From NCBI GenBank assembly GCA_963677435.1, contig OY781945.1, positions 1,728,001 to 1,792,000 on the forward strand: a DNA stretch of 64,000 nt, in the 5' to 3' direction. Numbering within the stretch: the first letter of the stretch is position 1; the number at the start of each line of letters is the position of its first letter. Source of the stretch: an uncultured Aliarcobacter sp. GTDB lineage: Bacteria; Campylobacterota; Campylobacteria; Campylobacterales; Arcobacteraceae. A program made the position numbers and the translations under genes. The notes beneath the pieces are model-generated. The model searched no databases. It saw nothing but the letters and a program-made list of their open reading frames with translations, and was not told where the DNA came from. Shown one piece after another: positions 61,368 through 64,000 of the stretch.

Positions 61368-62864
61368 TTATTCTCCTATTTTTAATCGGGATTTTAATTG
61401 GGCAAATTTGTTTTTACCAATTCCCTCAATATCTTTTAATTCATCTATACTTTTAAAATATCCATTAGTATCTCTGTATTCAGAAATAATTTTTGATAAC
61501 TTTTTACCAATGCCTTTTATTTTTCTCAAATTTTCTTTATCAATTCTATTTATATCTACTCTCATATCATCAATGTTTCTATCCCAAGATTTAAGCATTT
61601 GCTCATCTATGGCTTCAAGTTCTAATAAATCAGAACTATCTGTAATAATATTGTCTTGAAGATACTCTTGTATTTGTAAAGCTAAATCCTCTTCCATTCC
61701 ATAAAGTGTCATTAAATCAGTTAGTGTTGCTGTATTTAGATTTATTTTGTTTATTTCAAATATTTTCTCTTTTGAATAAACCTTGTTATCCTCTAATTGC
61801 ATACAATCTTCTGCTTTTTGGGGAACATCAGATTCATCTGATAAAAGTGCCAACTCCATTTCATAGGTATCTTTTTTATCATTGATAAAATATTCTCCAT
61901 CATAACTAGCTGTATATTTACTAAATCCAATATGTCTTAATGTTCTTAATAAATTTGAATCAATTTTTCCTAACTCTTCCCAAGAGAATAGGGGAATATG
62001 AGGCTTAGAAAATCTTCCTTTTGAAAAATCCCACATTAAATATTGACAAATCCAATCTCTAATATATGGAAATGCAGCAAAGGCAGTTGCGCACTCTAAT
62101 ATGTAAGCTTTTCCAGTTTTTGCACAAATAGCAATATCACAAGCCCAATATTCAGCTTTTGCAGCTTTTGAGGCTTTTACGGCTAGTTCTAGCGCATTCA
62201 TAGGAACATTTTCATAAGACATTGAACCACCTTGAGAAGTGTTTGTAATCCATTGATTTTTACCTGAATATCTCCAAAAGGCACAAATTGGTTTATGACC
62301 AATAAGCATTACTCTAATATCACCAGAATCTTTTAAATCAATGGCATTTTGAGTATAAATTGGATTATATTTTTTTTCATCAAGAAGTTTTTTTGCTTCT
62401 TTGAAATTATTAGCTTTATGTACAAAATATCCACCATAATTTGATGGTCCATAAGATCTTTTGATGATTTGAGGATAAGAGGCTTTCTCTTTTAAATATT
62501 TGTAACCTTTTTCATTGTTGTAAAATATTTTAGTTTTTGGAATTGCTAAATCAAATTTTTTACAAAATAGGGTAACATTTTCCTTTGATTTATTTGAAAA
62601 TTGAGTTTCAATTGATGGAACAAATCTTACATTTGGCAACTCTTTAGCAATTTCAACAAAAGTTTCATAGGCAGTTGCAGGAATATTTCCAACTAAAACT
62701 TCAATTTTTTTTCTTTTTACCTCTTCAATAAATCTTTTTTTATCATTTTTCCAATGATATGTAACAGATTCAATTTTGTCAGGCCAACCTTTGAAGTTTG
62801 ATTTGTTAAAGAATTGTAATACAAAATCTAAGTATAAAAATCCTATTTTTGGTAACTTTTTCAT
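61368..62864 (-). CDS. ATP-grasp protein fused to tandem ComEA-type helix-hairpin-helix domains
   Basis: IPKT, DIRV, WITNTSQGG, ACDI, ILEC; C-terminal INLNTAT... and VDIN...IKGIG...FKSIDELKDIEGIG. Confidence 0.85.
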   Translation of the reverse strand: MKKLPKIGFLYLDFVLQFFNKSNFKGWPDKIESVTYHWKNDKKRFIEEVKRKKIEVLVGNIPATAYETFVEIAKELPNVRFVPSIETQFSNKSKENVTLFCKKFDLAIPKTKIFYNNEKGYKYLKEKASYPQIIKRSYGPSNYGGYFVHKANNFKEAKKLLDEKKYNPIYTQNAIDLKDSGDIRVMLIGHKPICAFWRYSGKNQWITNTSQGGSMSYENVPMNALELAVKASKAAKAEYWACDIAICAKTGKAYILECATAFAAFPYIRDWICQYLMWDFSKGRFSKPHIPLFSWEELGKIDSNLLRTLRHIGFSKYTASYDGEYFINDKKDTYEMELALLSDESDVPQKAEDCMQLEDNKVYSKEKIFEINKINLNTATLTDLMTLYGMEEDLALQIQEYLQDNIITDSSDLLELEAIDEQMLKSWDRNIDDMRVDINRIDKENLRKIKGIGKKLSKIISEYRDTNGYFKSIDELKDIEGIGKNKFAQLKSRLKIGE

Positions 62865-63790
62865 TTTTCATTTTCCTTTTTAATAGTTTTTCTATCTATT
62901 AAATCAACGATTAAATCTATTTTTTTATCGTTAAAATTTAAGCCCATTTTTTCTTGTTCAGGCGTTGCAAAAGCAGGAATACCATTTACTTCTAAAACTA
63001 TATATTCCTCTTTTTTTCTATCAAAAATAATATCAACACCAGCAATATCTAATCCTAAAGTTTTACTAGCTTTAATTGCAAGATTTACTATCTCATCATT
63101 TGCTTCTCTTAAAAATACACTTCCACCACTTGTAACATTTGTTTTCCAATGTCCAGTTGCTGCCTTTCTTCCATAACAAGCAACATATTGTCCATCCACA
63201 ATATCTACTCTATAATCTGTGTTATCATAATCAACATATTTTTCCACATAAAAATGTTTAAGATTTATTTGGCTTAAAAAAGGAATTAACATATTTAATG
63301 CTTCTTCATTTTCAATCTTTGTAACTCCAATTCCTCCCCAACCATCAACAGGTTTATATACCATTTTCTCCCATTTTTTCATGATAGTATTTAATCTATG
63401 AGTATCATTGCTGTGGCAAAGTTTATAATCGGCTGTTCTTATTCCATGTTTTCGTAAATAAAATGAAGTTTGAAATTTGTCTTCACTTAATTCAAAGGCT
63501 TCATAAGAGTTAATCATTGGAATGATTCTATTTAATGCTTTGTATAAATAGACTTGATAAGGAGTTTGTTCTCCTGCGTTGTAAGAAAAAAACAGGTCTA
63601 ATTTATCAAGTTTTACATTTTTATCTTTCATTTCATAAATAATATGACCATTTTTTGCAATAGCATTTTTTAAATTTACATTTGCAAGAACATCTATATC
63701 TCTTTCTTTTAATAACTTAATCATCTTTTTTTGGATTTGTTCTCCACCACTATTTTGATATAACCACATACCAATATTTCTTTTTGCCAC
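62861..63790 (-). CDS. RimK/LysX-like ATP-grasp peptide ligase
   Basis: DKF, KPVDGWGGIGV, EKYV, DYRV, WKTNVTSGG, AGVD and LEVN motifs; GTG start after AGGGG. Confidence 0.9.
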   Translation of the reverse strand: MAKRNIGMWLYQNSGGEQIQKKMIKLLKERDIDVLANVNLKNAIAKNGHIIYEMKDKNVKLDKLDLFFSYNAGEQTPYQVYLYKALNRIIPMINSYEAFELSEDKFQTSFYLRKHGIRTADYKLCHSNDTHRLNTIMKKWEKMVYKPVDGWGGIGVTKIENEEALNMLIPFLSQINLKHFYVEKYVDYDNTDYRVDIVDGQYVACYGRKAATGHWKTNVTSGGSVFLREANDEIVNLAIKASKTLGLDIAGVDIIFDRKKEEYIVLEVNGIPAFATPEQEKMGLNFNDKKIDLIVDLIDRKTIKKENEK

Positions 63791-63802
63791 TTTGTCCCCT
63801 TT

Positions 63803-64000
63803 TTATGAATTTTTTTGAAAATGATTTAAGATTTTTGTCATCAGCTCTATTCTTGACTCAAAACTACTTTTTAAAGCTCTCTCTTTTATAGTGTGATCAC
63901 CATCACCAAAAGGCCCAAAACCATCAAGCGTAGTTACTCCACAACTTGCAACTATATTTGCATCACTAACACCACCTCTTTTTTCAGTTAAGATTTTAGA
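63803..64000 (-). CDS. C-terminus of M20 (carboxypeptidase G2-like) peptidase, cut by window edge
   Basis: Hand translation: ...RGGVSDANIVASCGVTTLDGFGPFGDGDHTIKERALKSSFESRIELMTKILNHFQKNS*. Confidence 0.85.
   Translation of the reverse strand, partial: SKILTEKRGGVSDANIVASCGVTTLDGFGPFGDGDHTIKERALKSSFESRIELMTKILNHFQKNS

Noticed and set aside
61368..62864. Calling this gene comEA
   Set aside because: HhH domains form only the C-terminal quarter, the N-terminus is ATP-grasp, and there is no signal peptide or membrane anchor.

Overview
Very AT-rich, gene-dense chromosomal window. Gene content and style point to Campylobacterota, most likely Arcobacteraceae (inference from fused CcsBA, dimeric dUTPase, many double-SBP kinases and GGDEF proteins, and TGnTATAAT promoters). 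Left to right: the 3' end of a two-partner secretion locus (MBG-domain TpsA plus TpsB); a divergent anaerobic cobalamin ring-synthesis cluster (cbiC-ferredoxin-cbiD-cbiET-cbiF-cbiG-cbiH and cbiM-cbiK-cbiL); a long housekeeping and signalling stretch (MCP, rmuC, moeA, ttcA, ligA, pepD, ccsBA, cmoB, trpB, dnaJ, recR, dut); a K+ uptake cassette (small membrane peptide, minimal KdpD, KdpE, KtrB, KtrA) flanked by two near-identical palindromes; and at the right edge an operon of M20 peptidase, RimK-like ATP-grasp ligase, ATP-grasp/ComEA-HhH fusion and multidomain M14 carboxypeptidase. This last operon is the best candidate for an undescribed system: a reversible peptide-tagging or peptide-polymer module with a possible link to DNA. 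Three small ORFs missing from the ORF track were read by hand (9419-9577, 51687-51860, 54422-54502). No rRNA, tRNA, CRISPR array, transposase or integrase was seen. All family calls come from motif recognition by eye, with no database searches.
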